The position numbers were made by a program, and so were the translations under genes. 64,000 bases of DNA from Candidatus Hydrogenedentota bacterium (lineage in GTDB: Bacteria > Hydrogenedentota > Hydrogenedentia > Hydrogenedentales > JAEUWI01), in NCBI GenBank assembly GCA_034669905.1, contig JAXMOL010000017.1:1-64000 (forward strand). The letters are read 5' to 3'. The stretch's first letter is position 1; every line of letters starts with the position of its first letter. Of this stretch, positions 38,083 through 47,129 are shown one piece after another. The notes beneath the pieces were generated by a model. It had not been told where the DNA came from and did no database searches. It was given only the letters and a program-made list of their open reading frames with translations.

Positions 38083-39146
38083 GTTGGAGCCCGCGCCTGA
38101 CACATCGGGGAAAAGCGCTTAGCATTGCGCCCATTTTCTTCTTCGTCGTCAACGCCGTTCTGGTGCTGGGCTTTACCCGCATCCACTTCGCCACGCTGGT
38201 CCATTCCATCTATACCTTCAATACGATCCTCCTGCCGATCCTTTTCACCCTGACGGCCCTGGTGGCCTGGCGCCTCCCGTTGTCCGAGGCGAATAGACCG
38301 CGCCACCAGCGACTTCCGCTGTTGTGGTTTGGGGCCGCCATCGCACTCGTTGGCCTTCGCATCTACGCGACCCACATCGAGCCGAATGCCCTGCAAGTCC
38401 GGGAGCTCGAGATACGCAGTGCGAAAATAAGTGCGCCCTTCACCTTGCTCCACCTATCAGACATCCAATCCGCCGGGATCGGCGCCTACGAAACGAGGGT
38501 CTTCGAACGAATCCGCGCATTGAACCCGGACCTGATCGTCCATACAGGCGATCTGCTGCAGCCCGTCGCCCCGGCCTCCTACCACTCCGAGATGCCCAAA
38601 CTCGCCGAACTCTTTCGTACCCTCTCCCCACGGCTCGGCATGTATATGGTCCAGGGTGATGCGACAGGCCCGCTCCTCCATCTCAGACCGGAGCAGACGG
38701 GGGGCATTGCCTTTTTGCGCAACGCAGAGGCAGTCATTCAAGCCGAGGGCATCGACATCCGGCTCTATGGTCTTACCCTGCGGTCCTCCACCGCCCGCAC
38801 CTGGGCCCGTCACGGCATTATGCACTGGCTGCAGGAGTCGCCAGAAGCACTCCACATCGTCATGGGGCACCGTCCGGATTATGTCCTCAAGTTTAATGAT
38901 CTCCCGATTGACTTGTGCCTCGCCGGGCATACCCATGGCGGACAGATCCGGATTCCCTTCTGGGGCCCGCTGGTCACCTTCAGCAAGATCCCCCGAAAAT
39001 GGGCCCGCGGTTTTCATGCGGTGGGCAACACCTGGCTGAATGTATCGGCCGGTATTGGTGCCGAACACGCGGGAGGCCTGCCGTCCATCCGGCTGAATTG
39101 CCCTCCGGAAATGACCTTGATACACTTTGTCCCGACGCTGAAATAA
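38079..39146 (+). CDS. membrane-anchored metallophosphoesterase (YkuE-like), paralog 2
   Basis: Same layout as 35013-36092: HIEPNALQV, SDIQ, TGDL, QGDAT, GHRPD, AGHTHGGQIRIP. Confidence 0.9.
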   Translation: MSWSPRLTHRGKALSIAPIFFFVVNAVLVLGFTRIHFATLVHSIYTFNTILLPILFTLTALVAWRLPLSEANRPRHQRLPLLWFGAAIALVGLRIYATHIEPNALQVRELEIRSAKISAPFTLLHLSDIQSAGIGAYETRVFERIRALNPDLIVHTGDLLQPVAPASYHSEMPKLAELFRTLSPRLGMYMVQGDATGPLLHLRPEQTGGIAFLRNAEAVIQAEGIDIRLYGLTLRSSTARTWARHGIMHWLQESPEALHIVMGHRPDYVLKFNDLPIDLCLAGHTHGGQIRIPFWGPLVTFSKIPRKWARGFHAVGNTWLNVSAGIGAEHAGGLPSIRLNCPPEMTLIHFVPTLK

Positions 39147-39219
39147 CCTATCGGGTGCTGTGCTGTGGTTACCGCTCGGCGGAGAATTCAAAATCTACGG
39201 GTTGCTTCGGTGAGAAGGA

Positions 39220-39380
39220 ATGAAATAGGGAGCGGGCCTTCAGCTCCTGTACGGGAATTGCCCCTATTCATGGGCCGTTGGCCCATGCTGGGATGTTGCC
39301 GGGCCTTTGGCCCTCTGGAGAACGGAGTTGCTACGAAGGGCCCGACAGGGGCGGCAACCTACCAGCCCAGACCATTGGCG
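39220..39380. repeat. degenerate palindromic intergenic element (REP-like)
   Basis: Nested short inverted repeats: TGAAATAGGG...CCCCTATTCA, ATGGGCC-GTT-GGCCCAT, GGGCC-TTT-GGCCC, and a partly complementary AAGGGCCC...ACCAGCCCAG. Confidence 0.4.
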
Positions 39381-39528
39381 TGGTAGCTCGTCATGCGTCG
39401 TTTTTAGAAGGGCTGTACGCCCACACCTTATTTAGAGCGAACGCCACGCCGTCGCACCGGAATGTGCGTCGACCCGTGGATGATAACCGGTAATACGAGC
39501 GCAACACCTTCAACATAGGATCTTATCC

Positions 39529-40656
39529 ATGCCCTTCGCCCACCACCAATACCCTCGCCCGCCACGACACCGTGCCATGGTGGCGTTATTTGTACTTGTC
39601 GGTTTTCTAGGAGTCTCGGACGCAACGTGGGCCCAGGCCGTTGTCAAAAAGGATGTATTCGTCGGGGGCGAATCGGGTTATCACACCTATCGTATTCCTG
39701 CGCTGGTGATCAGCAATGCCGGCACGATCCTGGCCTTTTGCGAAGGGAGAAAAGACAACGCCGGGGACCAGGGGAACATCGACCTCGTGCTGAAACGTAG
39801 TCATGACGGGGGCATTACATGGGATGCGATCCAGCAGGTGCACGAAGAAGGTGGTGATGCGCCCATCGCTATCGGAAATCCTGTTCCGGTGGTCGTGCAC
39901 GATGACGATACCATCCACCTCCTCTTCACCCGAAATAACAAACGGCTCTTCTACACCCAAAGTGAAGACGACGGTCTGACGTGGCGTGCGCCCCGTGAGC
40001 TGACCGATATACTCGCCGATGTGCCATTTCCGTGGCTTCGCATTGGCACCGGCCCGGTGCACGGCATTCAACTTCGAAACTCTCAACTCGCTGTGCCCAT
40101 CTGGTATTGCGATGGAGAACCCCATGCCAGGGAAAAGCGATATCGGGCGGGCATCCTCTTGGGCAATGCAACGGGCACCACGTGGCAGGCGGGCGGAATC
40201 GTCCCCGAGAATATCCCCAAGCTGAACGAATGCACGGTGCTGGAGCGCAAGGATGGCTCCCTGCTGCTGAACATGCGTGGCTACAAGTCAGGCTATCGTG
40301 CCGTAGCGCATAGCGGTGATGGCGGCGTGACCTGGTCGGATGCGAAACAGGAAATCACCTTGCCCGATACGACCTGTCAGGGAAGCCTCCTCCGTCTTCA
40401 GGATGGCCGGGTTCTCTTTTCCAATGTTCCAGGGAACACCCGGGAAAAGCTGTCTCTGACGCTTTCGGAAGATGATGGGGATACCTGGGGGGCCTCCCAG
40501 GTTTTAGAGCAGGGCCCGAGCGCTTATGCGGATCTTGCCCAGGGTGTGGATGGCACCGTATTATGCCTCTATGAACGGGGAGAGCAGCGGTACAACGAAC
40601 GCATTTCCGTGGCCCGAATACCGCCGTCCTGGTTCCAACCGATCCCAAAACCGTAG
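39529..40656 (+). CDS. sialidase-family (GH33 / BNR Asp-box) secreted protein
   Basis: YRIP motif, Asp boxes SHDGGITW, SEDDGLTW, SGDGGVTW, SEDDGDTW, NECTV, SAYADL, LYERG; signal peptide (start may be 39577). Confidence 0.92.
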   Translation: MPFAHHQYPRPPRHRAMVALFVLVGFLGVSDATWAQAVVKKDVFVGGESGYHTYRIPALVISNAGTILAFCEGRKDNAGDQGNIDLVLKRSHDGGITWDAIQQVHEEGGDAPIAIGNPVPVVVHDDDTIHLLFTRNNKRLFYTQSEDDGLTWRAPRELTDILADVPFPWLRIGTGPVHGIQLRNSQLAVPIWYCDGEPHAREKRYRAGILLGNATGTTWQAGGIVPENIPKLNECTVLERKDGSLLLNMRGYKSGYRAVAHSGDGGVTWSDAKQEITLPDTTCQGSLLRLQDGRVLFSNVPGNTREKLSLTLSEDDGDTWGASQVLEQGPSAYADLAQGVDGTVLCLYERGEQRYNERISVARIPPSWFQPIPKP

Positions 40657-40669
40657 GAGGCGCTGAGCC

Positions 40670-41536
40670 GTGCCCTATCGCTCGCTCAACCTGGAGAAGA
40701 CCCGCGGCACCCTGTGGAAGCTGGTGCAGCGTATCGAAGAGCGCTTTCCCGAATCCGGGTTGGCCCAGGTGGCACGGGAACTTCATGAGATCTCCCTCGA
40801 AGCGGAGTCGAAAGTGGCGTGGATCTCCACCCCCAACTACTATCTCCGAACGGGTGCCGGCCTGCTTATTGTGGCCATCCTTGCCGTACTGGCGCTGAGC
40901 TTTTACACCGTCGATTGGAGAATTGGCACCTTCCCCATGACGGAATTTATTCAGGTGGTGGAGGCGGGCTTCAATGATCTGGTGCTCATCGGTGCAGCAA
41001 TCTTCTTCCTCGTCAGCATTGAGACCCGGGTCAAGCGTGCCCGGGTACTTGCCTCCCTGAATGAACTGCGGGCCATCGCCCATGTCATCGATATGCACCA
41101 GCTCACCAAGGACCCGACAGAACTGACGACACCTGGACGGCGGGCCTCCTCGGTACCCCGGCACAATCTGACGCCCTTCGAGCTGAATCGCTACCTGGAT
41201 TATTGCAGCGAACTCCTCTCCCTCGTCAGCAAAATCGCGTCCATATACGCCCAGAACTTTCCGGATGGTACGGTCGTTTCCGCCATCAATGAGTTGGAAG
41301 CGCTGACGACAGGGCTCAGCCGAAAGGTCTGGCAGAAGATCGTCATTCTCCAGGGTACCGAGGGGAGCGACACGGGGGCGACGCCCTTGAGCACCACGCC
41401 CCCGAAGGCCTCGCCTGCCACGAAGAAGTCACCGGCGAAATCCCGGTCCAGAAAGAAAGCGACGAAGAGTCTTATCCCGGCGAAGGCACGGGTAAAAGCT
41501 GCCGCACCGGCTAAAACAACAAAGGGGAAGATATGA
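40670..41536 (+). CDS. conserved hypothetical membrane protein with Lys/Ala-rich tail
   Basis: Two TM, ELRAIAHVIDMHQLTKDP, RYLDYCSELLSL; basic C-tail. Confidence 0.8.
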   Translation: MPYRSLNLEKTRGTLWKLVQRIEERFPESGLAQVARELHEISLEAESKVAWISTPNYYLRTGAGLLIVAILAVLALSFYTVDWRIGTFPMTEFIQVVEAGFNDLVLIGAAIFFLVSIETRVKRARVLASLNELRAIAHVIDMHQLTKDPTELTTPGRRASSVPRHNLTPFELNRYLDYCSELLSLVSKIASIYAQNFPDGTVVSAINELEALTTGLSRKVWQKIVILQGTEGSDTGATPLSTTPPKASPATKKSPAKSRSRKKATKSLIPAKARVKAAAPAKTTKGKI

Positions 41537-42009
41537 CGGCAGACACCACCTTTCGCTGTTCCGTGATTGATATCGTAGACGAAGCGTACATCGCGCTCCT
41601 CCTCCTGGCCGATCCCGATCGGGAGCGGGTCACCCACTACGCCGCATCGGGCAACTGCTTCCAGGCCACCACTGCCGCGTCCCGCGTCGGCGCTGCGGTG
41701 TGGCATCCACAAAGCACCACCCAGGTCGAACTCCTCAATATTTCCGTTCCGACGGCGTTACAAGGCAAAGGCTACGGCAAGCAATTGCTCCGTGCGCTCC
41801 TGGCGGAGGCGCGCGACCGTGGCTTTCACACCATGACCGTGGGTACCGGCAACTCGAGCCTGGGTGCCCTCGCCCTCTATCAGAAGGCCGGGTTTCGGAT
41901 CGAGGGTGTGGTGAAGGATTACTTCGTACGTCATTATCCCGATCCTATCGAAGAGCACGGAATTCCCTGCCGTGATATGATTCGTCTTCAATACGACCTG
42001 ACCGAATGA
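41533..42009 (+). CDS. GNAT family N-acetyltransferase
   Basis: LLLADP, QGKGYGKQLL, VGTGNSS, LYQKAGFRI. Confidence 0.92.
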   Translation: MTADTTFRCSVIDIVDEAYIALLLLADPDRERVTHYAASGNCFQATTAASRVGAAVWHPQSTTQVELLNISVPTALQGKGYGKQLLRALLAEARDRGFHTMTVGTGNSSLGALALYQKAGFRIEGVVKDYFVRHYPDPIEEHGIPCRDMIRLQYDLTE

Positions 42010-42024
42010 CCGGAGAAATCGGCT

Positions 42025-42498
42025 ATGCCCCCCTTCATTGGTATCATTTCAGACACCCACGGACAGCTGCGTCCTGAGGCCCTCGACGCCCTGAAGGGTA
42101 GTGAGTTGATTATTCATGCGGGCGACGTGGGCAGTGAAGACATCCTGCCCCGGCTGGCGTCCATCGCGCCCGTGCACGCGGTGCGGGGCAATGTGGATTA
42201 CGGCGAATTCGGTGCTACACTCCCCCTGGATGCGGTGGTGAGCTGGCGGGAGAAGCACCTCTATGTGCTCCATATCTTCGCCGAGCTGGATTTGGATCCG
42301 GCCGCTGCGGGGTTTCATGCCGTCATTTACGGGCACTCCCACAAGCCCGACATCCAGACCAAAGAGGGAGTACTCTATCTTAATCCCGGGAGTGCAGGCC
42401 CCCGGCGTTTCTCATTGCCCATTACGGTGGCGCGAATCACCCTCGCGGAGGACGGTTCCCTGCAGGCCACCCACGTTTCCCTGGAAAGTACCCCATGA
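42025..42498 (+). CDS. YfcE/MJ0936-type metallophosphoesterase
   Basis: ISDTHG, HAGD, RGNVD, GHSHKP, NPGSAGPRRF. Confidence 0.92.
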   Translation: MPPFIGIISDTHGQLRPEALDALKGSELIIHAGDVGSEDILPRLASIAPVHAVRGNVDYGEFGATLPLDAVVSWREKHLYVLHIFAELDLDPAAAGFHAVIYGHSHKPDIQTKEGVLYLNPGSAGPRRFSLPITVARITLAEDGSLQATHVSLESTP

Positions 42499-43322
42499 CG
42501 CTATTTCGATCTGCCGGCACCGCACTCTTCCTCCTCATGACCGCCGTGACGGTTCACGGTGCCGAATACCAGCCCCCCGAAGACCTCGCCTTCACGGCGT
42601 CCGTTGATGGCACCGAGCAACGGTATATCTTGCGGCGGCCTCCCCACTTCGATGATTCGGAACCCCATGATCTCCTCCTCGCGCTCCACGGACATGGCTC
42701 GGATCGGTGGCAGTTTGCTACCGACACACGGGATGAGTGCCAGGGCGTGCGGGATGGGGCGTTGGCGCACGAAATGATTTACGTCTCGCCCGACTACCGC
42801 GCCAAAACTTCCTGGATGGGCCCCAAGGCAGAGGCCGATATGGTCCAGTTGATTGGCCTGTTGAAGCAGCGCTTCACCATCCGGCACGTGATTCTGGCGG
42901 GCGGCTCCATGGGCGGCAGCTCCAGCCTCACCTTCGCCGCCCTGCACCCCGAGCTCATCGATGGCGTGGTGGCCCTGAATGGCACCGCGAATCATCTGGA
43001 GTACGAGAACTTTCAGGAGGCCATTTCGGCTTCCTTCGGCGGCACCAAGCAACAGGTGCCCGACGAATATAAGAAACGCAGTGCTGAGTATTGGCCCCTG
43101 CGGCTCACCATGCCCATCGCCCTGACCACTGGCGGAATGGACACGTCCGTTCCACCAGACAGTGTTATCCGGCTGGCGGACGTATTGAAGAAGCTCCACC
43201 CCCACGTCCTACACCTCCACCGTCCGGAAACGGGGCACACCACCAGCCATAAAGACACGGTCGCGGCCATGCGATACGTGATGGAAACCCTGGCCCAGGC
43301 GCAATCCGCCGAAACCAGGTAA
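42495..43322 (+). CDS. secreted alpha/beta hydrolase
   Basis: Signal peptide, LHGHGS, GGSMGG nucleophile elbow, DTSVP, TGH. Confidence 0.88.
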   Translation: MTLFRSAGTALFLLMTAVTVHGAEYQPPEDLAFTASVDGTEQRYILRRPPHFDDSEPHDLLLALHGHGSDRWQFATDTRDECQGVRDGALAHEMIYVSPDYRAKTSWMGPKAEADMVQLIGLLKQRFTIRHVILAGGSMGGSSSLTFAALHPELIDGVVALNGTANHLEYENFQEAISASFGGTKQQVPDEYKKRSAEYWPLRLTMPIALTTGGMDTSVPPDSVIRLADVLKKLHPHVLHLHRPETGHTTSHKDTVAAMRYVMETLAQAQSAETR

Positions 43323-43345
43323 GGCCCCTTCCCTCCCGCCCATAC

Positions 43346-43378
43346 AAAAAGCCCCGCGTCCGGGTGAGACACGGGGCT
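43346..43378 (-). terminator. intrinsic terminator of the minus-strand prepilin gene (possibly bidirectional)
   Basis: AGCCCCG-CGTC...GAC-A-CGGGGCT hairpin preceded by AAAAA on the + strand (U tract on the - strand), between convergent genes. Confidence 0.75.
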
Positions 43379-43400
43379 GAAGAGGCGCCAATAGGGTTGC

Positions 43401-44366
43401 CTACAGGTCGTTGGTGGCCCCCATGAATTCGGCGAGTCCCGGCGAGAGGGGTGCGTCGGCACTTGGGTAACGCTGGAATTCGACGTGGCCGTCCAGGTAG
43501 AGCACATTGGAACCACCGGGGATGTGGTTAAATTCCTCGGCTTTGGTGCTGGTCACATCGGTCATGACCCATACGTCACTTTGGGCCTTCGCGCTGGCTC
43601 CCGGGTTGTTGATATCGGTGATCAGGAAACGCTCAATTCCTTCCCGAAGATTCATCAACGTGTCGCCACCGCCATTGCCCGCCGTGTCGAAGGACGTGCC
43701 GCTGTAGCCATTGCCCGCGAATTCCAGGGGGAAATCCAAGAGTCCCGAGCCGTCACCGCCGTAGGTGGTATACCCGTAGGAAGCGTAAATGGCGCCGTAG
43801 TATAGCGCCAGGATCTGGACGGGAATCTCTACGCCACTGTAGGTCAGGTGGGGGGAGTCCACATCTACCTGATCAAGTACGTAGCCCGTGTACCAGTAGT
43901 GATGATCCAGGAGTGCGACTCCCCGGTCCCCGACGGTTCCACCTGCGCCGTCATCACACGCCATGTGGGCTTCCCACTCGCCGGTGGTCGGATGTTTCAA
44001 GTCCGCCTCCGATACGGTACCGTTGGATGGGCAGAGTAGCACGCCGGGGTCTGCCAGATACTCCGGATAGACCTCATCCATGCGGGCGACCCACAGGTAG
44101 AGTCCGGAGGCGTCATTCAGGGGTTGACGGGTATCACAGTCATATTTGGGGGTCTGACTCATGGCCAAGGCGGGAAAACGCTCGCCTTCGGCCTCGTTGG
44201 CGAACATTTTGAAGGACAGTCCGATTTGCTTGAGGTTGTTCTGGCAGCTTGCACGCCGTGCGGCTTCCCGGGCACGGGCCAGGGCGGGGAGCAGGATGGC
44301 GGCCAGTATTCCGATGATGGCAATGACCACCAGTAGTTCGATGAGGGTAAATCCGCGTTTCTTCAC
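43401..44366 (-). CDS. DUF1559 prepilin-type N-terminal cleavage/methylation protein with H-X9-DG C-terminal motif
   Basis: GTG start after [72 protein letters not shown]. Confidence 0.92.
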   Translation of the reverse strand: MKKRGFTLIELLVVIAIIGILAAILLPALARAREAARRASCQNNLKQIGLSFKMFANEAEGERFPALAMSQTPKYDCDTRQPLNDASGLYLWVARMDEVYPEYLADPGVLLCPSNGTVSEADLKHPTTGEWEAHMACDDGAGGTVGDRGVALLDHHYWYTGYVLDQVDVDSPHLTYSGVEIPVQILALYYGAIYASYGYTTYGGDGSGLLDFPLEFAGNGYSGTSFDTAGNGGGDTLMNLREGIERFLITDINNPGASAKAQSDVWVMTDVTSTKAEEFNHIPGGSNVLYLDGHVEFQRYPSADAPLSPGLAEFMGATNDL

Positions 44367-44476
44367 AGGGCTTCTCCATAGGTTGAGATGTACGTAATGT
44401 TCGTATTCAAGAAAGGGGCAGAGCGCGACTCCACCGACAATGTACATTGCTTGATCGAAAGTTTAGCCTGCTTAAC

Positions 44477-44512
44477 TAATGATTTGCAACCATTAATTTT
44501 GATTTGTATAAT
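44477..44512 (+). promoter_or_regulatory. sigma70 promoter with an overlapping inverted repeat (candidate metal-regulator operator)
   Basis: TTGCAA(44484)-17 nt-TATAAT(44507); TAATG-N9-CATTA (44477-44495) centred on the -35. Confidence 0.6.
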
Positions 44513-44551
44513 AACCCCATCTTTTAACCCACAACCTAACAGGAGAACACC

Positions 44552-45223
44552 ATGAAATTACGCCTACTGACCGCCCTGCTTATACTGCTGGGCAGCACCG
44601 CCACCCAGGCCCACTTTGTCTGGATTGAACTTCCGCCCAATGCTCCGAACAAGGCCTACATGCGCCTGGCCGAAGCCCCCCTGGAAAGAACCAATCAGAA
44701 GCTTCAGGATTTGTGCGCCCCCATGACCGTCACCACCTTGGACAAGAAGGCCGTAGACTTCCTGCCTGGGGACGACAAGCGGGTGGCCGAAATCGACGAG
44801 GAAGTCGGGTTGCTTCTCGGCAATCTGGAATACGGCATCATGGACCGACGGGAATCGGGGGGAGAGCAGTACCTCCTCGAATACCACGCGAAAGCGGCAC
44901 GGACCCTCGCCGACGCGGCCCGGGAGACGAGCCTGCCGGTGGATATTCTGGCCAGCGTATCGGGCAGCACCCTCACGGTGACGGTGCGCTTCCAGGGGAA
45001 GGCCTATGAAGGCTCGGAACTGACCATGGACCTTCCGGGCGCGGTCGAGCCGCTGACCGGAACGACGGATGCCGCCGGCCAGGCGACCTTTCCCATAGAG
45101 CCTGGAGGCTGGATTGGCGTTCGCGCGCTGGTTCCCGAGAGCAAAGCAGGTGAATTTGACGGAAAAGCCTACGCCAACTCGCGCCATTATGGAACATTAG
45201 CGGTTCCCTACCCGACCCGATAG
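44552..45223 (+). CDS. DUF4198-like exported protein (NikM-like metal-uptake-associated family)
   Basis: Signal peptide ending TQA|HFVWI, V.FQGK, TTDAAGQATF, final TL strand; AGGAG RBS. Confidence 0.7.
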   Translation: MKLRLLTALLILLGSTATQAHFVWIELPPNAPNKAYMRLAEAPLERTNQKLQDLCAPMTVTTLDKKAVDFLPGDDKRVAEIDEEVGLLLGNLEYGIMDRRESGGEQYLLEYHAKAARTLADAARETSLPVDILASVSGSTLTVTVRFQGKAYEGSELTMDLPGAVEPLTGTTDAAGQATFPIEPGGWIGVRALVPESKAGEFDGKAYANSRHYGTLAVPYPTR

Positions 45224-45390
45224 TCCCCATGCACCTCCCCGTGGGGCTTTTACCGGAGCGACGGGATGTCGGCCCGTCGCTCCGGGTCACGCGGCAGAAT
45301 AAGCCCTTCCACCCGGCAACAATTGCCTCCCCTCCCCTGAGATTCCGACATCCTCCTTGTTTTTACAGGCCTTTTCGCCTTCGCTCCCGA

Positions 45391-45405
45391 TGGCACGCCC
45401 CTTGC
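45391..45405 (+). promoter_or_regulatory. sigma54 (-24/-12) promoter of the flgB operon
   Basis: TGGCACG-CCCC-TTGC, a perfect consensus, 38 nt upstream of the flgB ATG. Confidence 0.88.
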
Positions 45406-45443
45406 GTTACCCGGTTGGAAGTAGAAACTGAGGAAGGCATCCC

Positions 45444-45842
45444 ATGACCCCATACGCTGGTGTAGATACGACAACCCTCCTGGTGCAGGCCATGAAAGTG
45501 CGGGAACAGAACCACCGCTATCTGGCCAACAACATCGCCAATGTGGATACGCCCCACTTTACGCCCAGTGAAATCGACTTCCAGAAGACGCTGCATACCA
45601 TGATTGAAGGTCGGGGCGCCGTCGCCCTCCGCACGACGCGACCCCGCCACTTTGATCATTCCACCTATCGTACCGAATTCGATCGTCTTGCAATTTTATC
45701 GAAGAATGACTACAATAAAGTTGACATAGATGATCAAATGAGTAAATTGTCGCAGAACACGGGTGACTACTCGACGTACGCGCGACTGCTCAGCAAGAAA
45801 TTTGAAATGACCAAGTCCATGTTGAACAGCCTGGCACGGTAG
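45444..45842 (+). CDS. flgB: flagellar basal body rod protein FlgB
   Basis: LANNIANVDTPHF, NDYNKVDIDDQM. Confidence 0.93.
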   Translation: MTPYAGVDTTTLLVQAMKVREQNHRYLANNIANVDTPHFTPSEIDFQKTLHTMIEGRGAVALRTTRPRHFDHSTYRTEFDRLAILSKNDYNKVDIDDQMSKLSQNTGDYSTYARLLSKKFEMTKSMLNSLAR

Positions 45843-45851
45843 GAGTAAGGG

Positions 45852-46274
45852 ATGAACCTCGATCGAATCTCCGCCCGTGACATCGCCGTCAGTGGTCTGA
45901 AGGCCCAGCGGGTCCGCATGAACATCATCGCGAACAACATCGCGAATGTGGAAACGACCCGCACCCCGGAAGGGGGCGCCTTTCGCCGACAGATGGTGGT
46001 ATTCCGGGGCGAGGAAATCGGCAACGGCCCGAACCCCGAAAAGTTGGGGGTGATGGTAAAACGGGTTATCCGAGACCCCTCCCCCCTCCGCCAGGTATTC
46101 GATCCCCAACATCCCGATGCCAATGAAGACGGCATTGTGGAATACCCCAACGTCAACATGGCAGTAGAAATGGTAAATCTTATCTCCGCGCAGCGGGCCT
46201 ATGAGGCCAATATCGCGGTCATTACCTCCGGGCGCCAGATGAAACAGCGCGCCATGGAAATATTGCAGCAATAG
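45852..46274 (+). CDS. flgC: flagellar basal body rod protein FlgC
   Basis: ANNIANVETTR, DPQHPDANEDG.VEYPNVN, AQRAYEAN. Confidence 0.96.
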   Translation: MNLDRISARDIAVSGLKAQRVRMNIIANNIANVETTRTPEGGAFRRQMVVFRGEEIGNGPNPEKLGVMVKRVIRDPSPLRQVFDPQHPDANEDGIVEYPNVNMAVEMVNLISAQRAYEANIAVITSGRQMKQRAMEILQQ

Positions 46275-46300
46275 TAGAAAGGTTTAATCAGGATAGCCCC

Positions 46301-46624
46301 GTGATTATCGATCCCCTGAAAGTCCCCGGCGCACGTCTCCAACCCCCGGAGATCAGTGCCAAGCAGATGCGACCAGCCCAGCCCCGCCCGACGGGCCTGG
46401 AAGACCGGTCGTTTCAGGACGTTCTGGCGGATGCCATCACGGAGGTTAAGCACCTGCAAACCGAAGCCGACACCACCATTAAACAGTTGGTAGCCGGTGA
46501 GATAAAGGATGTTTCCGAAGCCATGGTCGCTGTGGAGAAGGCCGATGTCTCCTTCCAGACCATGATGACCGTGCGCAATAAGGTCATGACGGCCTACGAA
46601 GAAATCATGCGCATGCAGATCTAG
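46301..46624 (+). CDS. fliE: flagellar hook-basal body protein FliE
   Basis: SFQDVL, AMVAVEKA, VRNKVMTAYEEIMRMQI. Confidence 0.95.
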   Translation: MIIDPLKVPGARLQPPEISAKQMRPAQPRPTGLEDRSFQDVLADAITEVKHLQTEADTTIKQLVAGEIKDVSEAMVAVEKADVSFQTMMTVRNKVMTAYEEIMRMQI

Positions 46625-46693
46625 TGGCTCGGAAGGCACCAGATTAATCGACACCGTAAGAAAAGTGGTTCCCGTAACGGTTCCTCTTTTCTT

Positions 46694-46708
46694 TGGTATA
46701 TACGAAGC
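46694..46708 (+). promoter_or_regulatory. possible second sigma54 promoter upstream of fliF
   Basis: TGGTATA-TACG-AAGC (GG-N10-GC spacing, imperfect -12). Confidence 0.35.
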
Positions 46709-47129
46709 ATCCCCGCCACAGGACGTGATATCGGGATGGACAGGATGTCCAGCAAGATGCTTTCAGGGCTCGGGAGCAAGCTCTCGGGTACTGATGCGCG
46801 GAGGTCATAGTTGAATCTACGCTACACAGCGTGAAAGTACCGGTCATCTTGGGACATGTCCGGTGGCTACCGCTGTGCAGTCTCCAGCCGTGTGGCCCTG
46901 AGCGGGAAGTCCACACGACCGCTGGTTCCCTGACGTATCTGTATACTTTTTCCGTACCGATACCAGGCGCAAGAGACACTGCGACGGGTGGGCTGCACCC
47001 GGCGTGGGACATATTGTGAATGGGTGTCCTGGAGCACCCCCTCCCCACGTGGGAAGGGGCATCCCCCGGACGATATCGGATACCGACTGCGCGGATTGAT
47101 GCCCGCAGGCGGCAGGTTAGGGTAGACAC

